Shown here piece by piece: positions 1 through 25,200 of a DNA stretch of 64,000 nucleotides. This DNA is from Perna viridis (Eukaryota). The notes below the pieces were generated by a model, which saw nothing but the letters and a program-made list of their open reading frames with translations, was not told the origin of the DNA and did no database searches. How positions within the stretch are numbered: the first letter of the stretch is position 1; every line of letters starts with the position of its first letter. The stretch covers positions 46,831,597 through 46,895,596 of the forward strand of contig CM074512.1 in the NCBI GenBank assembly GCA_037379345.1, read 5' to 3'. A program made the translations under genes and the position numbers.

Positions 1-662
1 AGGTATGTGATAGATTACAATTGATATTCTTTAAACTTTTTAATATTTTGATGGTTTTTCATTAAACAAAAACAGTCTCTGATCACACCAAAGTACTTAA
101 ACCCCCTCCACATTTCTTGCGCCTGTCCTAAATCAGGAATTTCTGGCCTCAGTATGAATTGTTTCATTTTTACCTTTCTTTTTTTTTATGTTACTTTAGT
201 ACATGTATATAGGGACAACTTTTTTGCTATACCTATGTATAATGATGTTTTGAGGCCAGCTGGAGCCTGCCCTTGTGTATGAGGATTTCTTTGTCATTTA
301 TTGAAGACAAATAGGTGGCCTTGGGCTGACATTTTCATCCTGATGGGGTTTTTGTCTCTTTTACATATACACCATACCTACATGTATTCTCATTATGTCC
401 TTTAGGTTAATGCTTTTATAGTACTTTTATCTATATTCACATAAAGATCATAAAGTACATTACATATATGACAATTAAAAAACATTCAATTGATATGAGT
501 ACCTGTTTGTGTAATACCCATTTTTCTCTCTGATAGAAAAAAGGAATCGGTTGAAACTAAGGCTGTTTCTTTCATTACTGTGACAGAATTTAATGCATTT
601 AATTGAATGGTTTATAAGGTATAATTTGTAATACTTGTATGTACACATGCATTTTTTTACAG

Positions 663-11703
<11,041 letters not shown>

Positions 11704-13597
11704 CGTAAAACAACCAATAGACTCTTGTTAATGAATATTAAACTGCAAGGTCCGGTGAAGAATCAATAGGGAAAGCAACAACCAAAAAGTACTTTTTTTA
11801 TACCAGAAGTTTAAACCTATTTTTTTTTTTGGGGGGGTGGGGGAGGGGGAGAGATTTTAGCCCATGTACAGTATACATGTATACTGGTCTTATTTTGCAG
11901 TAGTTCAGGGATTACTATTTTTGAAAGCAATTTTTTTGTTATTGTTTGTAGGAAAAAGTTTTTTTTTTTAATTTAAAGTAGGATTATAATTCTACCGAAT
12001 TTACCTCAGTTTCTTTACGCTATATCCATACTGCCTGTAAGTCTGGCATGATTCCTATATTCTGTACTATTACATATTATCTGTTGTTTGTATCATGTTC
12101 ATTCTTGTTGATCAAAGATCATCTCATTTTAATAATTGGAGTGATTGATGTGCATGATGAATTAGGAGTATTAACCATGAAAAATAGTATGTTGATACAT
12201 GCGTGTATAAATGATTAGTAACTTAGATTTTTTTCTTTTTAGTTTGATACGTTGATTCAAAGTCTTTCATGTTGGTTGCTTTAAGTCCAAATATTGGATT
12301 TACTTGGCAACTGGTATTAATTTTTCTATTGTGTGTGCATAAAACTGCTATGTATAATCATCATAAAACATGAGCAATTATCTATAGCTGTTAAAATGTC
12401 TTTTTCAACTTATATTTTTCTCTCCCAATGTTATGCTTTGGCTGACTAGAAGGAAGCTTGAAAATAGTCAATATAGAAAAAGATGTTTTCCACTGATTGA
12501 ACATTTTTTTAAAATATGCAATTTTAAAATACAGAAGCTGGCTTAGAATTTTTTGTATTTATACATGTACTAAATACTTATGCTGTACAGTCCAATGCAT
12601 TGTTTGTTTTCCATTAATTGGTACTGACAGCTTTGTGGTTTGTCTGAGATGTACAAATCTGTGGTTCAAGTTAAATGAACCATACAATGGAAAGCACCCT
12701 TTATCAAAAAAGAATCTCACACCTTGTATATAATGATGCTGCATTGTCGGCTGTGTTACATCTATTTTATGCAATGCCTATCAATGCAAATGTAAATAAA
12801 AATGGGAATGGCTTTATTTATAGAATGAATGAGTATCTGGATTTATTTCAGGAAATCTGCTTATTAAAGTTGTGCTTTGATAATGTTTTGGTTGTCATAA
12901 AAATAAGAGGTGTATACATGTAACACAGAAAAATAATAATGTATTTAGACACAAAATTTTTCTAAAAACAATTCAGAAAATTTTATTAGAAAGTGACCAA
13001 AAAATTTTTTTCTATTGAGATTTGTTACTTTATTTAGATACAGGTGTGTTTGAATGGCTGGATACAGGTTAACTCACCTGTTCATCTGTTTCAGTATGTG
13101 TATATATTGAGCAATGATTTTTATTAAAAATGAAACCATCTGTATTTGTAGTTGGTCTTTGATAAGTCAGGGTAAATGTTACTGATAGTTGAAATGCAAT
13201 ATAAAAATATCATATGAATCAAGCATGATCTGTTATGTTGTTATCACATGATACAATCATGTGTGAGCAAGCCACTACTACAAAGTAAAGATCTTGTGAC
13301 TATTATATGGTGCTTGTCACATGATTATCACATGAATTAAGCAATATATGATTTTCATGTGTTGCACTTTTTACAGTGTAAGGGGAGTGAACTAATTGTC
13401 AACTCACTTCTTAATAATTTGAATGTTTAGTTGAAATCCCATAGAAAATTACATATTTTAGTTGGTTTTCGTTATTTTAAAGGCTGATTAATTTTGAGAA
13501 CACACAAACAACATTTAATAAAAATAATTTTATTTACATGGTACATGAAAGCAATCTACCCATAGTTAGTTAAAATGAAATGTAAATATTTGTTGTG

Positions 13598-16500
13598 CTA
13601 AATATGTTGTCCTTTAGAGTTCCTCACATCAAATTTATATGCAATAACAACACCTATAAAAAAAAAAACAAGTCACTAATTTATAAATAGAAATTTGATT
13701 TACGTTAATGATGAAAAAATTCAGTAACTAATTAGGATTAAGTATGAAATTATTTTTACTGTGTAAAATATTTTCTAGAACAGAAGAAATTTTCATGAAT
13801 AAAAAATAACCTGTTTTGTTTTGCTTTAAACAAAAGAAAACCACTAATGCTTTATGAATAAAATTCAATTCTTACATAATTAGAGAAGAATATTCAAGAT
13901 TTTTAAATGTTCAATGGTTCCATGCCTACCTTTCTGGAGGACCTGATGTTAATACTGTTTTTTTATGGAAGTTCATATTGTTAGTTCTTCAGTTTTTTTA
14001 GGTTACAGTACTTCTTGTTTTCTTTTATCTTCAGTTTTTATATGTAATCTCTTTCATTTGGTTCACTTGATTGTGTATTTAGATCTGTTTTTTTTTTTTT
14101 TTTTTCGTGTTTTCACATTCAGTCCGTGTACTTGGATTTTGATATATTTTAATTGTCCCATTGTTGACCCTTCACTTTGTTTGTTTTACCAAAATTCCCA
14201 AGTGAAGGCAGTTTTTTTTACCTGACACAAAATCATGACAATGCCTTTTTTTGAACCATCAACAGTAACGCTTTTATAGGAATTTAAAACTTACTGGTCA
14301 GTGAGAAAGCAGCACATAGAAAGTACATTCCATACCATCCTATTACAGTTTTAAGATTCTCTGAAAGAACAGCTCCTATTGGTGATGTTATAACCTGAAA
14401 TTGAACAAGGGTTAAAAGTTCAATTATATTGCCACACTTTAATTCATAAACAATACAATTATTATAATTGAAAATAAAAACCTGTAAATAGTCCTAGAAA
14501 ATAAAATTTTTGAAATCTATGCACTGATGCACTGAAAATAAGCAATGTTTAAATATCTGTTATCTTTGAATGTTGCAAAAATCATGAAAAAACCTAGAAA
14601 ATTACCTTAACAGAGCAGTAATTTTACTACAACCACTTTTGCATGAAGGTCAAAGAATATATTTTGGGAAAAAAACAAATGCCTTTTTTGTGACTATAAT
14701 CATTAAATTAAGATAGTGGTAAAAGTTAACTATCTCAATTCTTTGGTATGGTATGTCAAAAGAAAACATTTACATGCATGTACTTTCAATAAAACAATTT
14801 GATGTTTTAGTTTTATGTACTATGTACTAAAATACTGTTTTACTTACTGAAGCAGTAAAGACCAACCCATATATGATAGGATACTGAGATTGTCCAAATG
14901 ATTTTGAGGTAGCAGTTGGTAGCAGTGAAAAATTCCCAGAAAAACACAGAAACAGCAGGCACACAAATACAAGAAAAAGACCTTTTCCTGCTAAATTTGT
15001 CAGTCCAAAAGATAATGTTAATGCTGCAAAAGACCCACAGGAACACATCATAGCCACCTGAAAAAAAGAAAAGTTGCATTCACATAACACTACCATTACC
15101 TACATATTTTGCGTGGGTTTATTAAAAAAAATATTAAGATGAGAATTTCCTCAAGTACTGTGTTTTTCCTCAAATCTTCAATTTCAAGTGATCTGATAGG
15201 TCAAAATTTGAGTTGAGGAAGGATTTGAGGAAAATCTCAATTTCTGATGTTTTTTTTTAAACCGGACCCAGTTTAAAAAATGGTGGACCCTAAACTCCAC
15301 TAAATCTGTTTCTGCTAATTTTTGTACTAGAACCACTTCATTATATTTAACCCTTCTATCTGATGTAAAATAAATTTCATCCGGTTGTTGGTCATTAGAT
15401 GGTATATGCACTTGGGAGTAAATCTTTATAAGATATATTTGCTTGACTTACTCTAAAGGTATAACGATCTGCTATATAACCCCACATTATTCTCCCACAA
15501 CCATTGAAAATTGCTGCTAATGATCCTACTATGGCTAAAAAGTGATCATCTTTTATAAATGTCTGTCCATATGCCTATAAAATATTATGGTAATTCATTA
15601 AATAGTACACAGTTTTAGTAGAGTTGAAAATTCAAAATTAACTGCAAGTACTTCAGAATAATTTAGGTTTCATTTAAAAGTTAAAGAACCTTTGTGAGCT
15701 GGCTTACATATCACACACGCCACAATTTGCACTCTTTAAACAAGTCCAGTCCCTATACCTAAATAGTGGTACCCTTTGACCGACTTCTGTGGAAATCAGT
15801 CCCATTCAAGCTTTCATTTATAGCTACTAACCATTTACCAAAGTTTTTAAGAATATCATAAAAAGAAACCACAAAAAACATGCTCTATCCAGGGGACAAC
15901 ATGCTATGATGGACGGGTCATAACATATACCCCCGCAACCCATGGCATGTATATATCTGTCTACAATGATGAACAAATCTGTATACCATGCATTTTATCA
16001 CTTTGTAAATTCTCAAACGTACATAATAACTAACAATCGTGATTAGAAGACGAAACTATTCATTGTAGTAGCTCATATTAACAAGTTTTTCACAGTCCAA
16101 ATTAATCGGCATGAGGTGATTGTAACGGAGCAGGACGAACATGTATTTATACCTTGTATAGTCCTGACACGAACTGAATGCCCTGACCATTAAATAGATA
16201 TATAAACCATAACTGGAAGAAACCTTTAGTCTTTATAGCTTCTCTCCAAGTGAGGTCAATCTCTTTTGGTGGTCTAAAATGTATTACAATGTCTGTTATT
16301 AAAATAACTACACTTTAAATACATGATCTTGTTAGATGAAATGCTGGAAAGAAAAGAACAGAAAAGAGCTTTTAATCTTTTTCAATCCTTTTTTTAACGG
16401 TCATGATATTTATTTAACAATCAAGATATCCTCACATGTGACGTCTCTTACATTTTCTTATGAAATATTTTATATTTGATATTAGACATTATTATATTTA

Positions 16501-19500
16501 TTCATCAGTCAACATATTCTAATATATGGATATAATTCTCATATTTTGATAAAGATTTTCCTTAAAAAAGTTATACATTATATCTGATATTTTATATCTT
16601 CTATTTCTGAATTGTTTTGTTTCAGTCCGCCGTTTTCTGTTCTATCTATTTTTTTCTCCATTTTCTAGTTTTGGCTGTTAAGTTACACTTCTACACGCCG
16701 TTCAAACATGTATATTATAGTGTGTCTTACCTTTCAACTTCTTGTTCGGGATCGTCGTCAAATTCTTGTGGTACCAGTTTGTACTAAGAAGAAAGAAATA
16801 TAGGGTTTCGATTACAAAGGTACATATAATCGCAATCTTCTCTTCCTAACTTAGAATTTTCCACAAATTGCACTTTTCGTTTTTTCAATGGATGTTAAAC
16901 TGGCAATTCATTCTTTGAAATGTATAGAACTGATACAATAATAACCATGATTGTACGGTAGTTGAATTGGAATCTGTAAAATTAACATGACCATCACCTG
17001 ATTTGGTGGATCCTTCAATAATAAACAACCAATGACTTGTATTACAGCGTAACAACCACCTAGTAATAGAAAGCTCTCTGGTACCTTGTGCAGTATGGAA
17101 TCCTGGGTGAAATATCTGATATCAGACATGATAATAATAATCAACAAAACTATAGTCAAATATTACAGATTAACAGATAGCAAAGATCAATATAATTTCA
17201 ATTGTTTAATTGCAATTCAACCACAAATATAAAAGTCTTCACAACAGGTACAAAATATCTCTATCCAACAAATTTCGGAGGCAAATACGGAGATGTTATG
17301 CTTATTCATTTCTAAAATTACCAGAATTTAGACAGCTGGAACGATGGCTTCTTGTATCGAAACAAAAGCATTCAAGCATTTTGCGACGTCCAAAACAGAA
17401 AAGAATCTTTGTATATAGTACATAGCTGCATGATTTAAAAAAGACGATAGTCGCCCAGTAGTTGTATTAGCCAGTATTATTTCTTATACGTTGAAAAATT
17501 AAGTATCTGTCCATATACAATTCAGACACTGCCCATAGTAAAGTGATTCATGGTGTAGAAAAACGCATCGATCAGAAGACGCTTTTTTGGTCCACATATG
17601 CAGGCGCTGATCCAAGGACGCGTACCGGGCATACGCCCCCCTAAATCGGTAAGAAAAAAAATACCACAAGTTTCACCCCATAATATTTTTTGCTTTCCTT
17701 TGCTTTGCACTGCATTTAATTCAATTAACCTCCCCCCTAAACTCAAATCCTGGATCAGCCCCTAATATGCTATATTTTTATGTGACAATAGTCCTTTCTG
17801 TATTTAGATCTGTACTGTTGAGAAAATTACACTTTAACTTCCCACTAAAATCAACCAAATCAAACCAAACCAAGAACTATAACTCTTGCAAAGTGCTAAT
17901 TTCATGTACAATCTATATAAATTTTATCTCAAAAGCGCAACCCCCAAATGAAAAACTAAGACTGGTTATGTGACCTATAATGGTTTCTGAACAAGAAAAA
18001 AAAACTCAATTCGGTGGGTTTTTGACATGCATGAATCACCTCCTGTCTGAATTTTAGAAAGACTGCTACTTAAAATAACAAGTACCTACTTATCGCCTCC
18101 TACTTTTAGATCTGCTCCTTTGTTATCTGGGTTGATGAAAGCGGTCTGAACTTGGTCAAAAATAAAAGCCCCACTTCCAAAGCCTGCTACAACGAGGCCA
18201 GAGACTAGTCCTTTATGATTTGGAAACCACTTAAAGTCAAGCATTTAAAACAATATCATATAACATGGAAAGCACTTTTATTGTATAACAAAATCGAATA
18301 TGAAACTTCCCTGACAAAATTTACTCACTGCATGATAGTACTAACTCATAGTCGAAGACTAACAGGTTTTCTAGAAAAGCAAGGCCGCTTACCCTACCGG
18401 TGCATTTAATCCATACTCTAAGTTTTGAGTAGAGTCCGTCTTGTTTATTCATTAATTAGTTTGCGTGTTTATTCTTTTTAGTTAATGTATGTTATTTATG
18501 GTGCTTTACCTGTTTTCAAGGCCTTGGCCTTGTCCCCAGATTATGGATATTATGTACCTAAATGCTTTCATTTTACAAACACGAGCAGATCTGTCTAACA
18601 GAGCTAGTTTTTGGACTTACCTTCACACTATACAAGCAAAAAAAACGGTGTAAAGTTCAATTATAACAACTATTCTGTGCATGATATATTGCTCTTTGAT
18701 AATCTTTATTCAAGTTCTTTCGGTTATGATACCCCTAGACGCCAATAACTGACAAACCTTTTGTCCACAATTAAGAGGTACAGCATACGCAATACCGACA
18801 CCGAACCCGAACATCATTCCATATGTGACGACTACAGCAGTAAACGATTTCTGTACAGTAAAGTAAGTCAGTGCAACTCCACCACTATACAACAAAAAGG
18901 CAAAACAATAACAAATAGTAAAGCGGTCCTTTGCTGTCAACTGTGTTAAGTTAAACTGAGTTAAAATAGAACATATGATTTTAACTAGACTCAGAACATC
19001 GCAATCTGAAGCATTTAACGAACCGATAAGTTTTATATTCTTACATATACCAGAACTCAGTTGATTTTATAAACAACAAACCTTGAAATCCATGCTCCTA
19101 CTAATGTAGTAAGCTGTGGTCCTATTTTGGGGTACATGAAACCTCCAACAAACATAGACGCCCCCTGTCCCATAGCAGCCAGTGAGAAAATCCATATACT
19201 CTGGGAATACGTCAAGTTGTCATCGACGTGATGCTGGCGCAGATATGAAGTTATATATGGTGTCATATTGCCTATTTAGATATAAGAAATTATGTTTTTA
19301 ATAAACAGGAGACGATTCATGCATGTAAAAAATCCAACGAATTTTTAACTTTTATTTCTAATTCAGAAACAGTTACTGACCATATAACAAGTCTTAGTTT
19401 GTTAGTTGGTTGTCGCACTTTCGAGATAAAAACTGTATAGATTATGTATGAAATTGATTTATCGTTCTTGATTTTGCTGAATTTGGTTGATTCTAGTAGG

Positions 19501-19869
19501 GTTTCCCAAAGGCAAATCGACATACAGTTACGTTAAAATAAAGCATATGCAGAGCGGAAAACTTCAAAAGCATCGTATGGTAGGGTTTTCTATACCACGG
19601 ATCACTTATCATAGGCAATGTCTGGATTTTATATGGACTGGTACTTAATAACATATTTTCATTAATAACATATATTGGCTTGATTTGCATAGAACTTCAA
19701 GTACAGGCTTTTATGCCGATAGGACCAAAGCGCACCTCCTAAAAATTCTATCATTGAATTTTGACATAAAAAACATAACATAACAACAAAAAATCAAAGA
19801 AACAAAAACACAAGCAAACAACAACGAAAAAAAAACAAGAAAAAAATCACCCACCAAAAAAACAAAAAA

Positions 19870-19907
<38 letters not shown>

Positions 19908-20189
19908 GAAACAAAACAAAACCAAAAACCAAAAACACCAGGACATATATATTACCAAATGGTAAATACACATCCATGAAAAAAATCGACTTTTCTGTCA
20001 TACATGTATAAGGAGTAGGTCAAACATGTACATAAATAATTTATACATCGAATAAGTAAAATACATACATGTACAACGAATCGGTATTGACACGTACATG
20101 TACTTACCAAAAGTATAGATGGTACCAAGAGAGACATGGACAAGAATTCCTCCTAATACAACTGAGTATCCCCTCCATCGCGATTCCAT
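13598..20189 (-). CDS. Major facilitator superfamily transporter, oxalate:formate antiporter (OFA/OxlT)-like
   Basis: Exons (minus): 20189-20108, 19271-19082, 18884-18758, 18229-18090, 17115-16998, 16783-16731, 16273-16153, 15574-15452, 15057-14848, 14394-14295, 13653-13598, all phase-compatible GT-AG. Motifs: LGTIYTFGNMTPYITSYL, YGMMFGFGVGIAYAVPL, WFPNHKGLVSGLVVAGFGSGAFIFDQVQTAFINP, FNGCGRIMWGYIADR, FSLLPTATSKSFG. Many hydrophobic segments. Confidence 0.88.
17601..17764. mobile_element. MITE with CAGG(G/C)GC.GATCCA-type terminal inverted repeats
   Basis: caggcgctgatccaagga ... tcctggatcagccccta, with ATATG on both flanks. A degenerate relative lies at about 37767-37905. Confidence 0.65.
17774..18070 (+). 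repeat. Dispersed repeat family A, copy in MFS intron 4
   Basis: Matches 9298-9557 directly, and 19300-19500 and 3790-3912 in reverse orientation. Confidence 0.8.
18355..18560 (+). mobile_element. Diverged 3' fragment of the Penelope-like family in MFS intron 3
   Basis: ttctagaaaagcaaggccgcttaccctaccggtgca...gagtccg...tgtccccagatta matches the family tail. Confidence 0.6.
19300..19500 (-). repeat. Dispersed repeat family A, inverted copy in MFS intron 1
   Basis: acaggagacgattcatgcatgtaaaaaatcc...tcagaaac...gtcttagttt...gagataaaa is the reverse complement of about 17850-18047. Confidence 0.75.
19795..19940. repeat. A-rich low-complexity / poly(A) tract
   Basis: (A)nC repeats plus a pure A run of more than 30 nt. 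Confidence 0.9.
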
Positions 20190-20829
20190 CGTATCAGGAC
20201 TTATTGTTACTACAGGTTATTACATAGTCTTGTTTTGATCAAACATGAATTCGTATCGGTCATATTACCAATGTACAAATCACGTGAACATCATATCTCA
20301 GTGACATATTTAAAGAATGTAAAATGTACATACAGATCAATAAATAAATAGCGTTGGCATATCAATGGCGAAGTAGATCTTCGGTCGACTTACTGTTTTA
20401 AAGCCAATTTTGAACAAAAGATGTGGCAAACCAGGCATTTTCAGGATAATTACTTTGACGCTCTTTCCCCTTGGAATAAATCATAGTTGTATGTGAATAA
20501 TCCTAATGCAGGGGTCATCGTCTTCATATTTGTGGTAACAAAATAGAGATGATAGGCATATATGCTATGTCAGTATAATGCAACAATGTATGTCTGTTGA
20601 CATCGTCTAGTCTTCAACATTCAGTACAGACAGACTCGTACTAGAGAATAATTATGTACCTTCAACCAGAACACACTTAAAAACAAATGAAGTGCAACCC
20701 CGTAAGCAATGGCACTAGTAGAAAATGTAGCTTTTATAGATGCAGGCATGACGAATATAAAACTATGAAATTAACCAAGATGTTAAAATTTTGCGAGCAG
20801 AAAAAAAAACAAAATCACGACCGTAATTA

Positions 20830-23570
20830 TTATTTGATGAAAAAATTACATTTTATATAATTTCCTATTCGTTTAGGCAAAGGAAGCAAGTCGAGTTTAT
20901 GGCATATGTTCGAACGCAAATGACAAAATATGGTTAAAATACAAATGTCTGTCAAATGTCTTGGAAGGTCTGCACATTTCCGCAAAGAATCTAAAACATG
21001 GGGTTTCATTAATGAGGCAATAGTACTGTTCTCTTTGTCACAGTAACACAACCATTTTGAAACATTGTAACCATGGTTACACAGAATATTGACTATGTCC
21101 ATTGATTCTTTATACGCAGCAAGTTCAAACGCGTCTATTTTGATATCTTGGTCCTGCAGGCGACAAAAGCATACTGTTTCCAGTCGACATTTCCATTCAA
21201 GTAGTGTCGAAATCGTTTTAAGATCTTCGTTTTTAACAGCAAGCATTAGTGGAAATATTTCGGAGAAAGGTACTGCAAAATATATTCTTTTTGTTTTCAC
21301 GTGACGGAAGTAATGCATTTAACACTATACAATTAAACAAACATAATCGCTAATGCATTCATGAGTTTTGAAGAGGTTAAAAAATATGACCTCTAGAGAT
21401 AAAACACGTCATTTATTTCAAAAGATGTAATGTTTAACAGTAACCAGTTGACCTATTTGAGAAAAAATATATAAATATTTAAAAGTACTCAGATATATTG
21501 CCCAGTCCACCGATTATACTAACAATTGTTTCAGTTATCGAATATATTTATTTTGTTCACAGACGTCTTGTCCATAATCATACTGACTACAAAAATTCAA
21601 TTAAGTACCACGACTTGTTCGAATTCTTCAGGCCTTGGAGATTTCATTTAAAACTAGGTCTACACCAAAGTACAACTAGATTTTTATAAGTACTTTAAAA
21701 AGACTGACGTTTACTTGCCTTTGATATCAACATCTGCTTCATTTTCAAGAAAATATCTTACAAATTGATGGCACTGAGATTTGACAGCCATCATGAGTGG
21801 GTTGCAGCTTTCTGTGTCTGAAATATTCATAGCCGCTCCTGCTTCGGTCATCAGAACAACCATAGCTGTGACGTCACTGGGCGGTTCTAATGCTTCCCAT
21901 TTCTGTAGGTGTTGGGTGAAGATATGAGTCAACGGGGTTCTACCTGTGCCATCTATGATGTTGAGGTCGACATTCTGTTCCAGTAAAAATTGAACAGCCG
22001 CAACCTTCTTGGTAATAACGGCTAGCTGTGAATATACAAGTAGTAATAAAACAAAATGAGTACTTATACTTGTTCAAATGCCTATTTATAAAACGGCTGG
22101 AAATTTTTTTAATGAAATCAGCGGATGCTTACCGCTCTACACATTTAATTGGAACTTGGGTTGCTCGTTCCATTTCTGTTTTCTGTGAATTTTGCAGTAG
22201 GCTATTCGTTGTCGTTGGTTGCTTCTATCACCGTTTTTTGTCTTTGCACCTTCACTTTTTCGATTTAAGCGCGAAAATCTTTGATTTCTTATCAAAATTT
22301 TGTAAGAATCAAGTACAGGTTCACATAAGCATCACGCAGTTGGTGATACGTCCAATTTTTTGTAAACCTCTTCAATAGTGTAAATGTATCAATTATACAT
22401 GTTCATGTTCCACCAGTGGTTTGATAACCGGAAACTGGGAAAGTGTGGAAGGTATGACTGGTTACACAGTAAACTGGAGTGAGGAAAGAATGGCGAAAAA
22501 ATTATTTTGTAATAGAATTCATCGAATCTGTTGTGGCTAATACTATTACTTTTCCAGCTTACAATACTGCTCTACTGATACTTTTAACATATATATGTTA
22601 CTGTCTGAAAGGTTATTCACAAATTTGAATTACCACATTCCTGTATATTTGCGTGAACCTATATTTAAGACTAGTGGTGCATTATGAATTTTGATTGAAT
22701 TTTAAACGAGGATTTGTTCATGGCGTAGTATTAAAGCTATAGTAAGCGGGATCGAATTCATATCCATGTGTATATACCTTTCGGACGGTCTTGACCAATA
22801 TCGACAATGCTTGGATGTCCATTGTAGTTTATTTTATACCCGAACTTGAACAAAACAATACTTGAGTTTTGTTCTTTTTCTTTCAATATTACATGTATTT
22901 TGTTGCCTCTACAAGTCTAATTCACCCGTTACTGCAAAAGGGGGAGGGTTGTCAGAGTTGAAACAAATCTAAAACCGATCTTTGAAATTAGATGGTTACA
23001 TTACATCTTACTTACGTGTAATGCATTTCGGTTGTCTCGATGACTTTTAACGTTTACATCAGTCCCGTGAGACACCAATATTTTCATTATCTGTATATAG
23101 TTCTCAATATTCTTCAACCACATTAGTGCCATTAGCGGTGTAAAACCCTGATGGTTTTGAATATTTGGGTTACCACCGTTTTGTAAAAGCATTTCGGTTA
23201 TCACCTCTGACCCGTATTCGACAGCAAAATGTAAAGCGGTTCGCCCACTGGAATCTTGAATGTCAATTGTTGAAGAATTTGCTTCGAGTAATAGTTTAAC
23301 AATATCCAGATTGTTTGCGCAAATTGCGTACATTAATGACGTCATGCGGAATTTATCGGCTGCATTTATCAAGGCGCCGTTCTCCAACAGTAGCCGTATA
23401 CACTCTGTGCGTCCTTTTGCACAAGCAAAGTGTAAAATTGTTTTGCTGTTGACATGAGAAAGGTCATCAAAGTATTGATTCACATCTGCACCTTGAACTA
23501 GTAGTTGTTGTAACAGAAGATAGTCATCGCTATCTACGGCGTGATACATTTCAGCAGATAAATCAGCCAT
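20830..23570 (-). CDS. Ankyrin repeat and SOCS box protein (ASB-like), paralogue 1
   Basis: Exons 23570-23016, 22025-21719 (GC donor), 21272-20830. Ankyrin repeats (TILHFACAKGRTECIRLLLENGALIN, GRTALHFAVEYG) and a C-terminal SOCS box (HLTDICILTI...LPLPKRIGNYI). Confidence 0.88.
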
Positions 23571-24682
23571 TTATTTTTTTTGTGCAATACAAGAAGAATA
23601 AGTAGTGTAACTGACCTGAGAAATGCTTGCTAGGGAGTATTTACCTACAAAAAGATATATATGAGGTGTATGCACCAAAACGTCAAAACACTGACAGCAC
23701 AACAGAGAGAACATGTCGCACAATACACAGAAACTAAGCGTTCGCGCACGCGCACAATCACACTAGCACACTCTCTTACACACACATATCCATGCAAACT
23801 AAAAACGAACATTACGAATCCCACAAAATTAGGTTGGCAGTTCTTGCTTTTTGTAAGACACTCACAGCCCTGCTCGTTAAAGGACATGTTCAGTGAAAAA
23901 ATCAATTTCAATAAAAGTTATCAGTTACCTTCAAATACCGGTACATGTATTTAGGAAAAAAAATCGAATGCGAATGACCTTGCTTCAATACTAAGTGTTC
24001 AGGTGAATTAACTTGAACACAACGATGTCATTTATTTGACCGATTCAGCCCATGTCTCTCTAAAAGAAATGCCGAAGAAAATTAATTTGTTTTGAATGCC
24101 ATGATTTCTAACAGTGTGACAATCCTGTTAACTTGTTTTACTTAAAATAAATACTATTCATCTACTAAACATGGTATGTACCACACAAACTTTGAAAAAG
24201 TGTTTTTTTTCTTTAAAGTATTCTATTTTTACCGTTTATGTTTCCAGTGTCATTTCGTAATTTTGTTTGTATGTTTGTCTCTTGCTTACTATTTGTCTGA
24301 TGTTATCCTCATGAACCAATAATTTTGATTGATCACTGTGCTTCAGTTCATTTCACTATGGTTTAAGACATGAACTTTACTAAAACAAAGAATCCTAAAG
24401 GATACTACTATTGATAATCTAAATATATAATTGTTACTTACATATAATTTGGAAGCATCTTCTATCCTCTATCTACATGTATATTTACTAAGAATGTTGT
24501 TAATTAGTGTAGAGGTAATCAAGGGAGAGACTTACACAAGTGGAAGCTATGACTAGTTCTTTTAGATGTGCTCGTTGAGGGGAGTAATAAATACATTTAT
24601 AAGATCATAAGAGTATAAGTGATTAGAAGTAGTTGTCGATCATTACCCACTATGATCAATAATCAGATCTCTTTCTGATTCT

Positions 24683-25200
24683 GCCCCGTGCAGGTCCGGG
24701 TGTTAAAAGAATAAGCCTGCAGCAGCGCTAAGCTTGTCGTAAAAGGCGACTAAATAGTACTCAGATCCCTAGCCGGGGGCTAGGGCGCTCTTCCCACAGA
24801 GCAACTGGGATGTGTGCCCCAGGTGGTGGAATGGGGTACCCCTATCGTGTTACATGCTGGGGTTGTCAGGCTGTAATACAGAAAACCTGACCGCAAACCA
24901 TAGTGGTGCACCGTGTTGGGAAAGATGCCACGTTCCTCGCACGTGAAAGAACCCTACTGTGGTATTCTCCCGGAGTAGGAACCATAGGGCTCCGCAACAG
25001 GAAGCTAAATTGCCCGACCCTACCAAACTCTCCCTATTTCCAGTGGCAATCAAAATTTGTTGACCCCATTGTCCTTGTGTCCCATCCCTTTTTCATTTCA
25101 TTATCATTTCATGTTCATTTTATCATCAATTTCATGTTCATCGTCTGAATATAGCTGAATATTGCTGCTCGGACGTTAAACCCCAACAAACAAAACCAAA
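24683..25200 (+). mobile_element. Non-autonomous retroposon (SINE-like) with 12-bp target-site duplication
   Basis: CTTTCTGATTCT at 24671-24682 and 25201-25212. GC-rich, hairpin-rich body ending ...gacgttaaaccccaacaaacaaaaccaaa (CAAA-type tail). No meaningful ORF. Confidence 0.85.

Noticed and set aside
85-380. Fragments resembling common bivalve interspersed repeats
   Set aside because: Resemblance is from memory only, and there is no clear second copy in the window to set boundaries.
16575-16676. Extra MFS loop exon (PKLENGEK...)
   Set aside because: Phase-incompatible with the flanking exons and has stop codons as sequenced; exons 6 and 7 join in frame without it.
19711-20001. Phe-rich membrane-like ORF
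   Set aside because: Translation of the poly(A)/low-complexity tract.
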